From the NCBI GenBank assembly GCA_019120395.1, contig DWVD01000010.1, positions 19,823-83,822 of the forward strand: a DNA stretch of 64,000 nt, written 5' to 3'. Each line of letters opens with the position of its first letter. Position 1 is the stretch's first letter. The notes beneath the pieces were generated by a model. That model did no database searches. It was not told where the DNA came from and saw only the letters and a program-made list of their open reading frames with translations. Below, piece after piece: positions 28,074 through 38,505 of this stretch. The position numbers and the translations under genes were made by a program. Source of the DNA: Candidatus Gemmiger faecigallinarum (GTDB taxonomy: Bacteria > Bacillota > Clostridia > Oscillospirales > Ruminococcaceae).

Positions 28074-28097
28074 CGTATAACAGCGTATAAACAACGC
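28074..28097 (+). repeat. Short direct repeats upstream of parM (parC/operator candidate)
   Basis: CGTATAA at 28074 and 28084 (10-bp period). Confidence 0.35.
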
Positions 28098-28113
28098 AAA
28101 AGGAGTGTGCAAC

Positions 28114-29037
28114 ATGGTTATCAGCATCGACCACGGCAACAAACAGATCAAGACCGTCCACAAGGTGTTCGTTTCCGGCCTGGTGGAGAGTGACGTTCGC
28201 CCGGCTGTGGGTGAAAATTACATTTTGTATAACAGCCGCTATTATTCACTAACTGAACACCGATTGCCCTACCGGCGGGACAAAAGCAAGGACGAGTCCT
28301 TCTTCCTGCTCACCCTCTTCGGGGTGGCCTACGAACTTTTGGTAACGGATACCTATGACCCCGGGCATACGGCTTCGGTGGATCTGCTCATCGGTCTGCC
28401 GCCCGCCCACTATGGGGCGCTGTATCACGACTTTGAAGCCTACTTCAACCGCGGCGTCGTCAAGTTCACGCTGGGAAGCCGCCCGTTTTCGGTCTACTTC
28501 AACAGCGTCACGGCCTACCCGCAGGCTTACGCCGCCGCCATGACGGTGTTCAGCCAGCTGCGGCCGCTGAGCAAGTGCGTGGTGCTGGACATCGGCGGAT
28601 TCACGGCGGACTATATGCTGCTCAAGTACGGTGTGCCGGATCTGTCCGACTGCAGCTCGCTGGAATATGGGGTGATCCTGCTGTACAACCGGATCATCAA
28701 CGCGGTGAACAGCGCCTACGACCTGCTGCTGGAGGAGTTTGATGTAGACAGCGTTCTGGCCGGCCACAACAGCACGCTGCCGGACAATGTGCAAAAGCTG
28801 ATCCGAGAGCAGGCTCGGCTGTTTGTGGAGGAGCTGTTCGGACAGCTACGCGAGCGGATGATCGACCTGCGGGTGACGACGCCGGTCTTTGTGGGCGGCG
28901 GGGCGATTTTGCTGCGGCCCTACCTGGAACAGGCAGGCCGCTGGGCGACCTGCCTGTTTGTGGACGATATTCAAGCCAACGCCAAGGGGTACGAAAAAAT
29001 CTACCGCGCCCGCCTGGCCAGCAAGGGGCACGCCTGA
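28114..29037 (+). CDS. ParM/StbA-family actin-like partition ATPase
   Basis: ISIDHGNKQIK, IGLPP, YPQAYAA, LDIGGFTAD, FVGGGA and ANAKGY motifs. Confidence 0.92.
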   Translation: MVISIDHGNKQIKTVHKVFVSGLVESDVRPAVGENYILYNSRYYSLTEHRLPYRRDKSKDESFFLLTLFGVAYELLVTDTYDPGHTASVDLLIGLPPAHYGALYHDFEAYFNRGVVKFTLGSRPFSVYFNSVTAYPQAYAAAMTVFSQLRPLSKCVVLDIGGFTADYMLLKYGVPDLSDCSSLEYGVILLYNRIINAVNSAYDLLLEEFDVDSVLAGHNSTLPDNVQKLIREQARLFVEELFGQLRERMIDLRVTTPVFVGGGAILLRPYLEQAGRWATCLFVDDIQANAKGYEKIYRARLASKGHA

Positions 29038-29435
29038 TGGGCGGCAAAAAGCAGCCGGGCCGTTTTACGATCCAGTTCAACGCGGCCGACCCCCAGCAGC
29101 GGCAGGTCATCGAGCTGCTCAACCAGCAGGGGCGCCGCAAGGCTGTGTTCCTGACCTGCGCGGTGCTGACCTACTGCGGGCAAGGAAGCGCCCCGGCGCT
29201 CCCACCGCCAGCCATAGAGCCCACGATCATCGAGCAGATCGTGCAGCGGGCACTGCAGCAGCAAGCGGCAGAACCCTTGCAGGCGGGCAAGGCTGCTCCG
29301 AAAGCCACCGCTACTCCGCCCACTGTGACGCCGCCTGCGCAGATACCCGCCCCGCCCTTGCCTTCAGAAGGAGCCGATCTGCTGGACGATGACCTGGCTG
29401 CGATCTGCGATACGATCGATGCGTTCCGAAGGTGA
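29037..29435 (+). CDS. ParR-like adaptor/DNA-binding partner of ParM
   Basis: Coupled to the parM stop; N-terminal beta-strand-helix-helix pattern (RFTIQFN..QVIELLN..RKAVFL); acidic C-terminal helix. Confidence 0.65.
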   Translation: MGGKKQPGRFTIQFNAADPQQRQVIELLNQQGRRKAVFLTCAVLTYCGQGSAPALPPPAIEPTIIEQIVQRALQQQAAEPLQAGKAAPKATATPPTVTPPAQIPAPPLPSEGADLLDDDLAAICDTIDAFRR

Positions 29436-29555
29436 AGTGTTCAGAGACAAATCCGAAATTCCCAAAAAGGCAGATGCTTACCCTGACAGCTATCTCCGAA
29501 TATGGTATACTATAAACTGTTTCCATTTCCACATAACCAACGATCGAGGTACTTC

Positions 29556-30689
29556 ATGAACAAGAAAGAAATCAGCGAGCTGCGCCGCCGGTTCAGCCCG
29601 GACAAAAATTCCATCGGCCACATCTATGGCTGCTATGTCAATACCAAAAAGGAGATCATCGCCTACCTGGATGAATCCCTCACGACCATGCCGCCGGAGG
29701 AAACCGAGAAGTATCTGGGCTTCCTCAAAAAAGCCCTCTCCGGCACCCAGGGCAAGAACCTGATCGACATTGTGTTCTCCACCCAACAGGTCGTGGACAG
29801 CCCCGAGCACAAGCTGTTGATGTCGCTGCGGGAGACCGAACTCAAGGACCCGGCGGTGCGCCAGGCGTTCTATGATAAGGTCATCGAGTCGCTGGATATG
29901 GATGACAGCAACTACCTGGTTCTGCTGGCCCACGACGCCTACGACGTCCCCTTCAAGGCCAAGGACGGCCTGACCTTTGACCAGGTCTCCGATACGATGT
30001 TCCACTATGTGGTCTGCTGCGTCTGCCCGGTCAAGGAGGGCAAGGCCGCATTGGGCTTCTACTCGGCGCAGAACGAGTTCCACAGCTACGGCACCAACCA
30101 GGTCGTCGGCCAGCCGGAGCTGGGCTTCCTCTTCCCGGCATTTGACGACCGGGCGGCCAACATCTACAACGCGCTGTTCTACACCCGCAAGCCGGACCAG
30201 CTGCACCAGGAGTTCATCGACGGCGTCTTCCACATCGAGCCGCCGATGTCGGCCGCCGAGCAGCGGGAGACCTTCGAGACCATCCTCTCGGAGAGCCTGG
30301 GCGACGCCTGCACCTTGCAGCTCGCGCAGAACCTGCACGAGTGGGTGCGGGATAAGGTCGAGGAACACAAAGAGAGCCGGGAGGAAGAGCCCCTGGCCGT
30401 GACCACCGCCGACATTGGCGCTGTTTTGCTGGACAGCCAGGTGCCGGAAGCCCAGGTGCAGGCCTTTGCCGCCCGGTTTGCCGAGAGCTTCGGCGCGTCC
30501 GCCGCCATCAACCCCGCCAACCTGGTCAGCACCGGCAAGTTCGAGCTGGAGATCGAGGACGGTGCGGCCAAGGTCTCGCTCGACCCTGAGCAGGGCAGCC
30601 GCATCGAGACCACCGAGATCGACGGCCGCAAGTACCTGTTGGTCCCGGCGGATGGCTTGAGCGTCAACGGTTTGCCGGTCAAGGCTTAA
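29556..30689 (+). CDS. DUF4317 family protein
   Basis: MNKKEISELRRRF, GCYVN, LGFLFPAFDDRAANIYNALFY and IDGRKYLLV; promoter-like CTGACA-N17-TATACT at 29483-29511. Confidence 0.85.
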   Translation: MNKKEISELRRRFSPDKNSIGHIYGCYVNTKKEIIAYLDESLTTMPPEETEKYLGFLKKALSGTQGKNLIDIVFSTQQVVDSPEHKLLMSLRETELKDPAVRQAFYDKVIESLDMDDSNYLVLLAHDAYDVPFKAKDGLTFDQVSDTMFHYVVCCVCPVKEGKAALGFYSAQNEFHSYGTNQVVGQPELGFLFPAFDDRAANIYNALFYTRKPDQLHQEFIDGVFHIEPPMSAAEQRETFETILSESLGDACTLQLAQNLHEWVRDKVEEHKESREEEPLAVTTADIGAVLLDSQVPEAQVQAFAARFAESFGASAAINPANLVSTGKFELEIEDGAAKVSLDPEQGSRIETTEIDGRKYLLVPADGLSVNGLPVKA

Positions 30690-30781
30690 GATGAGGATTG
30701 AATAGGCGACCTTCAACTGGCTTCCATAACAAAAATGAAAGAAAGGATACCGCACAGAGACTATATACAACACTCTTTAAC

Positions 30782-31298
30782 TTAATGTTTTTCCTTTGTG
30801 CCTTCATCTAAAATAACGTCGAGTCCAAACTTTCTTCGACACCAGCCAAGCATAGAGGGGTCCCACAGGCAGTTGGTGCCCAAACACTCATTCCAAAAAC
30901 AGGCAGCCATAGTATACAAGCATCCAACGGTCGCCGACGTCCGGCTGGGCGGTGATGGCAAGCACATCCAGCATCACTGCTGTCAGATAGAGTGCCGTAT
31001 AGAGCAGCCGGAACGCCGCTTTGATCCGCAATGCAATGTGCTGCCGTCGTCCGGGCTCCCGCCGCAACCAGAAGGTCAGGATGCAAAAGGCCGCTGTATA
31101 AGCGAACAAACCAAACCAGACAACCTTTTTCAGCCCTATATTGGCGGTGCGGTTGAGCAGCATCAGATAGCTGTTCAGACCAATCACACCGATGCTGAGG
31201 CCTTGCCAAGCCAGCTTCAATGCCTGCTGATGCGGCTGTACCCAATCGATCAGGCGCCCCGCTGCGTTTGCGAGCGAGGTGGGAATATAGTCAGATAT
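30782..31298 (-). pseudogene. Degraded small membrane-protein gene
   Basis: RBS AGGAGG followed by ATA instead of ATG at 31298; TM-rich frame to the stop at 30888, with an apparent continuation in another frame to 30782. Confidence 0.45.
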
Positions 31299-31453
31299 GT
31301 TTTTCCTCCTGGATACAGAAATCAGTGGATGGTTGATAGACGCACAAAGAACAGGATGCCGTTCGGCTTTTCAGTTCGGTTGATAACCAACACGCTGCGC
31401 ATACATTACAGAAACCGTCTTCGGTATGGGCTGCTTTTTAGATGGCGGCTGGT

Positions 31454-32539
31454 TCAGCAAGAGACTGAGCTTGGCAGCCATACCACAAAAGAACTGCCTT
31501 GACCGGGATGGCTGTCCACCGTAATGTGGCCCTTGTGTAGCGCCACGATTTTTTTGACCATCGCCAGGCCCAGGCCGTTGCCCTCGGTCTTGTGGCTGGT
31601 GTCGCCCTGGTAAAACTGGTCAAAGATGCGCGCCTGGGTGGCCGCGTCCATGCCGGGACCCTGGTCGGTCACGGTCACGGTGACGCCCCCCGGCGTGCGC
31701 TGCATCGTCAGCGTCACGGCGCCGCCGTCGGGCGAGAACTTGATGGCGTTGTCAAAAAGATTCACCCACACCTCTTTGAGCAGCGTCTCGCTGCCGGTAT
31801 ACACACACTCGTCGCCCTCGGGGATGTCCACCGTCAGGGCGACGCTTTTTTTGCGGCTCCATTTCTGCTGGGTCACCAGCGCGCTCTGCCGCAGCTGCTC
31901 CGCCAGCGGGAAGGGAGCAGCATCGGTCAGGATCGTCTGCGCCTCCACCCGGGACAGCGCCAGCACGCTGTTGGCCAACGCCGCCAGCCGTTTGCTCTCG
32001 CTGCTGATGATGGACAGGTACTCCCGCCGCTCCCCGGCGGGCATCTCCTCGTCCTCCAGCAGCAGGTCGGCAAAGCCGCCCAGCGAGGTGATAGGAGTCT
32101 TGAACTCGTGGGAGAAGTTGTTGATGAAGTCCTTGCGCAAAATCTCGGTGCTGCCCAGCTCCGTGGCCGCTGTGTTGAAGGCGTCGGTGAACTCCCGCAG
32201 TTCCAGCGGCCGCATCCAACCTTGGCAGGTCATCCGCACCGAGAAGTCTCCCCCTGCCAGCCGCTGCATGGCAGATACCATGCCTCGCACCGGGTTGAGG
32301 ATCACCTTTTGGATCATCACTACGACACTGATGCCGATCAAAATGGACAGCGCGTAGATCACGATGCTCACCGCCGCAGGGCGCAGCAGCTGCGTCCAGT
32401 CCAGCAGGCCGAAGCCGCTTGCCAGCCAGACCGCGCAGGCGACCAGGGCCAGCACCAGCGCGATGATGAAAAACAGGTTGAGAACCAGCAAAAAGGTCAG
32501 GTTGAAGGTGAACAGCCAGTGTTTGAGTTTATTCAGCAT
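31454..32539 (-). CDS. Sensor histidine kinase (HAMP, intramembrane-sensing type)
   Basis: Two TMs with a short loop; FSHEFKTP, NLFDNAIKF, DQGPGM, FYQGD and GNGLGL motifs. Confidence 0.92.
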   Translation of the reverse strand: MLNKLKHWLFTFNLTFLLVLNLFFIIALVLALVACAVWLASGFGLLDWTQLLRPAAVSIVIYALSILIGISVVVMIQKVILNPVRGMVSAMQRLAGGDFSVRMTCQGWMRPLELREFTDAFNTAATELGSTEILRKDFINNFSHEFKTPITSLGGFADLLLEDEEMPAGERREYLSIISSESKRLAALANSVLALSRVEAQTILTDAAPFPLAEQLRQSALVTQQKWSRKKSVALTVDIPEGDECVYTGSETLLKEVWVNLFDNAIKFSPDGGAVTLTMQRTPGGVTVTVTDQGPGMDAATQARIFDQFYQGDTSHKTEGNGLGLAMVKKIVALHKGHITVDSHPGQGSSFVVWLPSSVSC

Positions 32540-33218
32540 GGGGCACCGCCTTTCTGACCGCACGGTAGCCCAGCCCGCGCACGGTCTGGATCTCAAACTC
32601 CGGCCAGCCGAAGAACCTGCTGCGCAGTCGGTTGATGTGGACGTTGACGGTTCTTTCGTCGCTCTCTGAGTCCATGCCCCAGATTTCGTCCAGCAGCTGC
32701 AGCCGGGTGAAGGTGCGGTCGGGATAGGCCAGCAGCTTGTACAGCAGGCTGAACTCCTTGGGCGGCAGGGTGAGGACCTCATGCCCGCGGCGCACGGTAC
32801 GGCTGTCATAGTCCAGCACCACATCGTCCACCGTGATACACCGCTCGTCCACGATGCGGGCCCGACGCAGCAACGCCTTGATGCGCAGCAGCATCTCCTC
32901 CTTGTCTACAGGCTTAGTGATATAGTCATCGGTGCCCACAAGAAATCCCTTGTGCTTGTCCTCCGGCAAGGCCTTGGCTGTGACCATAAGGATGGGCAGC
33001 ATACTGCCCGATTCCCGGATGGCCCGGGTCAGCCCGAAGCCGTCCAGTTTCGGCATCATCACATCGCAGAGCAGCAGGTCTACTTTCTCTTCATCCAGCT
33101 TTTGCAACGCCTGCTCGCCGTCAAAGGCGGGCAACGGCTCGTACCCGGCCCGGCGCAGGATCGCGCAGAACAGCCGGTTGGTGCTGGCGTCGTCCTCCGC
33201 CACCAGAATTTTGAACAC
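32529..33218 (-). CDS. OmpR-family response regulator
   Basis: ILVAEDD, DVMMPKLDG, DDYITKP, VNVHINRLR and TVRGLGY motifs. Confidence 0.93.
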   Translation of the reverse strand: MFKILVAEDDASTNRLFCAILRRAGYEPLPAFDGEQALQKLDEEKVDLLLCDVMMPKLDGFGLTRAIRESGSMLPILMVTAKALPEDKHKGFLVGTDDYITKPVDKEEMLLRIKALLRRARIVDERCITVDDVVLDYDSRTVRRGHEVLTLPPKEFSLLYKLLAYPDRTFTRLQLLDEIWGMDSESDERTVNVHINRLRSRFFGWPEFEIQTVRGLGYRAVRKAVPHAE

Positions 33219-33278
33219 GCGGGTTTCCCTCCTCGAGAATCTTCTTTGTTGATTATACCATCTCTCACTCTATCACAG

Positions 33279-33328
33279 AAAGATAAACAAAAGATAAACG
33301 GGTTTGTTTACCGGGCGTTTATCTTTGG
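33279..33328. promoter_or_regulatory. OmpR-type tandem boxes in the divergent promoter
   Basis: AAAGATAAAC twice at 11-bp spacing (33279, 33290) and an opposing GTTTA-N6-GTTTA pair (33307-33322). Confidence 0.55.
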
Positions 33329-33413
33329 GGTGTATCCTTAATGCCGTTGAGAGACAACGACCCACGAAACACCGTAAAATACTTATACAGAACATAAACA
33401 GGAGGAACGCCCT

Positions 33414-34469
33414 ATGAAAACCGCTGCCAACATCCGCAAAAACATCTACCTTGTCACCGGCGCCGCCGGGTTCCTTGGCGGCACGATCTGCCGCCAGCTG
33501 ATCGCCCGCGGCGACCGGGTCCGTGCCTTTGTGCTGCCCGGCGACAAGGCCGAACAGTACATCCCCGCAGAGGCCGAACTCTGCGTGGGTGACCTGACCG
33601 ATGTGGAATCGCTGCGCCGTTTCTTTGCGGTGGAGGACGGCGTCACCGTCAACGTCATCCACTGCGCCTCCATCGTCACGGTCAACCCCGACTACAGCCA
33701 GAAGGTCATGGACGTGAACGTGGGCGGCACCAGAAACATCATCGACTGCTGCCTGGCTGCCAAACACTTCGGCAAGCTCGTCTATGTTAGCTCGACCGGC
33801 GCGATTCCCGAACAGCCTAAAGGCCAGAGAATCACCGAGATTGACCACTTTGATCCTGAACGTGACCCTGAGCATGTGCGCGGCTGTTACAGTCAGAGCA
33901 AGGCGCTGGCCACCCAGGCCGTGCTGGACGCCGTGCACGGGAAGGGCCTCAATGCCTGCGTCGTCCACCCCTCCGGCATTATGGGCCCGGAGGACTACGC
34001 CGTGGGCGAGACCACCGGCGCGCTGATCAAGATCATCAACGGTGAGATGGCGATGGGTGTCGACGGCACCTTCAACCTCTGCGATGTGCGGGACCTGGCG
34101 GCCGGCTGCATCGCCGCCGTGGATAAGGGCCGCAAGGGCGAGTGTTACATCCTGGGCAACCGGGAGGTCCGCTTCAAGGACTTTGCGAAGCTTGTGGCCG
34201 AGGAGGCCGACTGCAAAGCGCCGAGCATCTTCCTGCCCTGCAGTGTGGCCAACCTGATTGCGGGCATCACCGAAAAACGCGCGAAAAAAACCGGCGAAAA
34301 GCCGCTGCTGACCACCTTCTCAATCTACAACCTGGCCCGCAACAACGACTTTGATTCCTCCAAGGCGGAGCGGGAATTGGGCTACCACACCCGCAGTTAC
34401 CGCGAAACGATGCACGACGAAATCGCCTGGCTGAAAGCCACCGGCAAGATCGGCACTGTGCGGGTGTAA
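33414..34469 (+). CDS. NAD-dependent epimerase/dehydratase (dihydroflavonol-4-reductase / 3beta-HSD-like extended SDR)
   Basis: LVTGAAGFLG, HCAS, VNVGGT, YVSS, YSQSK, CDVRDLA and SSKAERELGY motifs. Confidence 0.85.
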   Translation: MKTAANIRKNIYLVTGAAGFLGGTICRQLIARGDRVRAFVLPGDKAEQYIPAEAELCVGDLTDVESLRRFFAVEDGVTVNVIHCASIVTVNPDYSQKVMDVNVGGTRNIIDCCLAAKHFGKLVYVSSTGAIPEQPKGQRITEIDHFDPERDPEHVRGCYSQSKALATQAVLDAVHGKGLNACVVHPSGIMGPEDYAVGETTGALIKIINGEMAMGVDGTFNLCDVRDLAAGCIAAVDKGRKGECYILGNREVRFKDFAKLVAEEADCKAPSIFLPCSVANLIAGITEKRAKKTGEKPLLTTFSIYNLARNNDFDSSKAERELGYHTRSYRETMHDEIAWLKATGKIGTVRV

Positions 34470-34482
34470 GAGGGCGGACGAG

Positions 34483-34889
34483 ATGGCAGAAAACAATGCA
34501 AGCGTCTGCGTCATCACCGGCGGTAGTAGCGGCATGGGGCTGGCCACCGCTCACCGTATGGTGAAAAAGGGCTACACGCTGGTGCTGGCCGCCCGCACCC
34601 CGGCCAAACTGGACAAGGCCATCGCGGAATTGGGGGCGGAAGGCATTGACGCCAAAGCCTGCCGTTGCGACATCAGCGACCGGGCCAGTTTGGAGGCGCT
34701 GGCCAACTTTGCCCAAAGAGTCTGGGCACCGTGGCCACGGTGCTGCACATTGCCGGCATGAGCCCCCACACGGGGGACGCCGGGATGATCCTGCGGGGCA
34801 ACGCGCTGGGCACAGTGCACATCCACAACGCCTTTTACCCAGTCATTGCGCCGGGTGGCTGCCTGGTGGATACTGCTTCCGTAGATTGA
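34483..34889 (+). pseudogene. SDR oxidoreductase, frameshifted and truncated
   Basis: ITGGSSGMG..CDISD in frame 1, continuing as LGTVATVLHIAGMSP..NALGT..TAS after a shift at ~34716; ends before the YxxxK motif. Confidence 0.8.
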
Positions 34890-34953
34890 AACAACAGTAG
34901 AAGCTTTTCAAGCGCCTGGTTGGTTTTGACGGGTAGTATGGAAAAACGACTGC

Positions 34954-35148
34954 TTAATCCATCGTCTGCGCGACCTTGTAGAGGATATGCTTGGCAAAAT
35001 TTTGCAGCCAGCACACCATCGCGTGGCTGTGGGCTGGATCCTGGGTGGCGGCCATCAGGCTGCGCCGCTTGCCATTGCCGCCGGTGAAACCGCCCAGCGT
35101 ATCCAGCGAAAGGTCGCCGCCCGCATAGACCATCTGGGTCACATCCAT
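34954..35148 (-). pseudogene. Orphan C-terminal gene fragment, family unknown
   Basis: GC3-rich coding-like frame (MDVTQMVYAGG..KVAQTMD*) with no RBS, directly behind a terminator. Confidence 0.3.
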
Positions 35149-35166
35149 ATAGCAAGCGATTGCACG

Positions 35167-35217
35167 AAAAAAGCTGCCGTTGCAGGAAACTCGCATTCCA
35201 ACAACGGCAGTTTTTTA
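35167..35217 (-). terminator. Terminator of the carboxylesterase gene
   Basis: CTGCCGTTG..CAACGGCAG stem flanked by A and T runs. Confidence 0.65.
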
Positions 35218-35309
35218 TTTTCTCTTACGAAAAAAGTTAAAGGGGGTTCAATGTTCGGTCCTTTTGGCCGTATCATCTTCCATGTCATGGGTCTGGCTAG
35301 CCACGTTCA

Positions 35310-36644
35310 CTACATTCCGATTCCATTAGGGTGCAATGTGTTTTTGAGTAGAGCACAAATTTCCGGCTTGCCCATATGGGGCGCACCCTGACCCAGCACG
35401 AGAAAATCGCTTCCTTTTCGAAGGGGAGTCCAACGAGGCATATATCTTCCGTTAGGATCACCATTATGGATGAAGTTGCAAAGGTAATGCAGCATTGTAT
35501 CGGAAAGTGTACGATCTTCTGCGGTGAAAGGGCGCCAGGAACTATTCAGCCCGCCGTAAAGGTACAGCAGATCGCTGCCATGCCAGGCTCCTTTGTTATC
35601 GCCAGGTAGTTTCCGTTTGAAGAAATAGGCATAGGTATCAACACCGCCTTTTCTTTGCGAATAGGCAAGATAGCGGCACATAAGGTAAAGGAGCAACGGC
35701 ATTACATCTTCGGATGTAAGAGAACACAGGATTTTTGTGTTGCAAGGAGCGTTCTTGTGTTGTGCCGTAAAGTTTTCATCGTATACAGCATTGCAGAACC
35801 CCATCGGGTGCCGGGCCGATACAACAGCAAATGCGTCATAGAGATCCCGTGCAGGCATAGTCTTGAATTCTTCGATGGAGCGGCAGCCAGCCTCTTTGTA
35901 GACCTGCCGCCATTTATTATATTCCGACTCGTTGTTGCGCTTTTGTTTAATAAAGGTGGCAAAGCCTGCACTGCTCTGAATGATGGCCTGCTTGAAAACA
36001 CCACTATTCAAAGGCGACTTGATCTGCGTCTCGCAACAGGCCGCGCCGGCGCTCTGGCCAATCAGCGTCATGCGGGACGGATCGCCGCCAAAACTTTGAA
36101 TGTTGTGCAGTACCCATTGGATGGCGGTCTGTTGGTCGTAATACCCATAGTTGCCGCTTCTTCCGTTTTCATTGGCCAATTCCGGCAAGGCGGCAAATCC
36201 AAACACATTGAGCCGATAATTCATTGCAACGGTCACAATACCGTTCCGGGCAAAGCTCTCACCGCAGCACTCCGGGGAATTGTTTTGCCCGGAGACAAGA
36301 CCTCCGCCGTAAATGATGATCAGAACCGGACAGTTTGCCGCCTGGTCTGGCGCCCATATGTTCAGATTCAGGCAGTCCTCGCTGTAGTCTGATTCAAAGC
36401 CCTGATAGAATTCATGTTCATAATGATTTTGCGGGTCCTCGGTATCTTTCTGATAATATGTGCGCTGTTGAATGGGCGCGGGACCAAAGTGTGTCGCCGA
36501 AAGAACGCCTTGCCAGTGTGTGACTTCACGTGGATAAGCAAACCGTTCGGCTCTGGCAAAGGGAATCCCCAAAAAATAGCAGATATTCTCTTTTCGAAAG
36601 CCCTCCACCATCCCACAAGGCGTTTCCACAAGGAGCGTTTCCAT
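35310..36644 (-). CDS. Carboxylesterase type B
   Basis: FLGIPFA, SEDCLNLNIW, YGGG, NYRLNVFGF, FGGDP..GQSAG and HGSDL motifs. Confidence 0.92.
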   Translation of the reverse strand: METLLVETPCGMVEGFRKENICYFLGIPFARAERFAYPREVTHWQGVLSATHFGPAPIQQRTYYQKDTEDPQNHYEHEFYQGFESDYSEDCLNLNIWAPDQAANCPVLIIIYGGGLVSGQNNSPECCGESFARNGIVTVAMNYRLNVFGFAALPELANENGRSGNYGYYDQQTAIQWVLHNIQSFGGDPSRMTLIGQSAGAACCETQIKSPLNSGVFKQAIIQSSAGFATFIKQKRNNESEYNKWRQVYKEAGCRSIEEFKTMPARDLYDAFAVVSARHPMGFCNAVYDENFTAQHKNAPCNTKILCSLTSEDVMPLLLYLMCRYLAYSQRKGGVDTYAYFFKRKLPGDNKGAWHGSDLLYLYGGLNSSWRPFTAEDRTLSDTMLHYLCNFIHNGDPNGRYMPRWTPLRKGSDFLVLGQGAPHMGKPEICALLKNTLHPNGIGM

Positions 36645-36992
36645 CTGAACAACCTCCCAAACAGATTTTTTGACCGACTTCTGTGATTACTTTACCATGT
36701 AAAAACGGAAAAGTGTAATCGGAAATTCGCAAAACATATCAATCATTTGCACAGTTTGGAAGGCAGGGAAAATCGTTTGTCAATGATTCACTTTTTTTGT
36801 TCGAAATTCGACAGCATTCAAAAGGGTGATAAAAAGGCAACAAAAATTGTGAATTTTTGATAACCCGAACCACTCTTTGCCAACTATAATGGATTCACTG
36901 AGCAGTTCCCATGACATCGTCACGGGAGACGTCCCCTTTTTCCGATCGGTCATGCAGGGATCATTCAAAATCAAAAGGAGGAAAATTTTCAC

Positions 36993-38462
36993 ATGGCAAA
37001 GACAAAAAGATTGACATCGAGCGAGATCGATGGCGTGCAGTACAATCGCGCCAAAAACTGGCAGATCATTTTGTCGCTTGGCAGCAATGCGACATCCATG
37101 GCCTTTAACACATTAATTGGTTTGATCAGCTATCTGGGAAATTCTGGTTATGGGATCGCGGTGGCGATAGTTGGCGTAGTACTTACTAGCTGCCGCGTAT
37201 TCGATGGCATTGTTGATCCGTTTATTGCATTGCTGATTGATCGTGTCAACACGCGTTTCGGCAAGCTTCGCATTTTTATGAGTATCGGCTTCCTTCTGCG
37301 TACATTGGCTGTGTTCATGCTCTATGTTTGGGGCAGTGGGCATTTTGGTATGCCTTTCTTCATTGCCATGTACCTGCTATATATACTCGGCAACTCTGTT
37401 GGCGATGTGGCGGCCAATATGATTGGTCCGGTCTTGACAAATGACCCGCGCCAGCGCCCGTATGTCGGTTTTTGGGGCATGGTGTACAGTGCGTTAGGAT
37501 CCATCGTTTTCGGTCTGGTCAATACGCTGTTCATTTTGCCGCGCTTTGGCAACCAATACAGCAACGAAATGCTGGCAGCCAGTTGCCAGGTGTTCGTGGT
37601 GATTGCTTTCATCTTCTGGTTTTTCTCGATGATCGGTTTGTCGGCTCACGATAAACCGGAGAATTTTCGCAATCTTAAAAATGAAGCGGTCGGTTTTAAG
37701 GATATGCTATCGCTCGTCAAGGATAATCGCCCGTTCCAGATGTATACCATCGCTTCAGTGACAGACAAAATTGCCTCACAGGCATCAGGTCAGGCGGTCG
37801 TTGGCACAATGCTCTACGGTATTCTGCTGGGCAATATGCAGTTTGGCTCTGTCATCGGCTTGTTTGCCAGTCTCCCGGCGACTTTCCTTACCTTTATTGG
37901 CGCAAAATACGTTGCCAAGCACGGCGCACGCAAAGGTACGATCACCTGGTCGTTGGTAGCCATTGCTTTCGCAGCCCTTGCAATGCTGTTTTGCCTGTTT
38001 GCCCCGATGGGGCAGGTGCTTTCCACTCCGCCGCTGCTGATTGCTTTCCTTCTGGTCGTGTTCGGTTTTAATTTTGGTCGTATGAACAGCAGTACATCCA
38101 ATGGCGTGATGCGTTCCGACATTGTGGACTACGAACTTGACCGCTCCGGCAATTATATGGCCGCTACCGTGGCTGCCACCTACAACTTTATCGACCAGCT
38201 TATTTCTTCGCTGGGCACGTTGATTGCGACCCTTTGTGTGGCGGCTATTGGCTATACATCGACAATGCCGCAGCCGACAGACGAAGCGACCTTTGCTATT
38301 CGTGTCGTCACGGCTTTCTTGGCTTACGGTATGCCAATCCTGGGTTGGGTCGCTTCAATCATTGCCATGAAATTCTATACCCTGACAAAAGAAGAAATGG
38401 TCAATGTACAGAAACGCGTGGCCGAAAAGAAAGCACAACTGAACGAGAAACAAGTGCAGTAA
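36993..38462 (+). CDS. MFS glycoside-pentoside-hexuronide (GPH) transporter
   Basis: About 12 TMs; RVFDGIVDP, TRFGKLR, LTNDPRQR and DIVDYELDRSG motifs. Confidence 0.88.
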   Translation: MAKTKRLTSSEIDGVQYNRAKNWQIILSLGSNATSMAFNTLIGLISYLGNSGYGIAVAIVGVVLTSCRVFDGIVDPFIALLIDRVNTRFGKLRIFMSIGFLLRTLAVFMLYVWGSGHFGMPFFIAMYLLYILGNSVGDVAANMIGPVLTNDPRQRPYVGFWGMVYSALGSIVFGLVNTLFILPRFGNQYSNEMLAASCQVFVVIAFIFWFFSMIGLSAHDKPENFRNLKNEAVGFKDMLSLVKDNRPFQMYTIASVTDKIASQASGQAVVGTMLYGILLGNMQFGSVIGLFASLPATFLTFIGAKYVAKHGARKGTITWSLVAIAFAALAMLFCLFAPMGQVLSTPPLLIAFLLVVFGFNFGRMNSSTSNGVMRSDIVDYELDRSGNYMAATVAATYNFIDQLISSLGTLIATLCVAAIGYTSTMPQPTDEATFAIRVVTAFLAYGMPILGWVASIIAMKFYTLTKEEMVNVQKRVAEKKAQLNEKQVQ

Positions 38463-38505
38463 ATACTGCCAAAACAGCGGTCTGCGCTGGGTGGGCCGGT
38501 GCAGA

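Noticed and set aside
30798-31502. 234-aa plus-strand ORF
   Set aside because: Antisense to the degraded membrane gene and the kinase end; no motifs.
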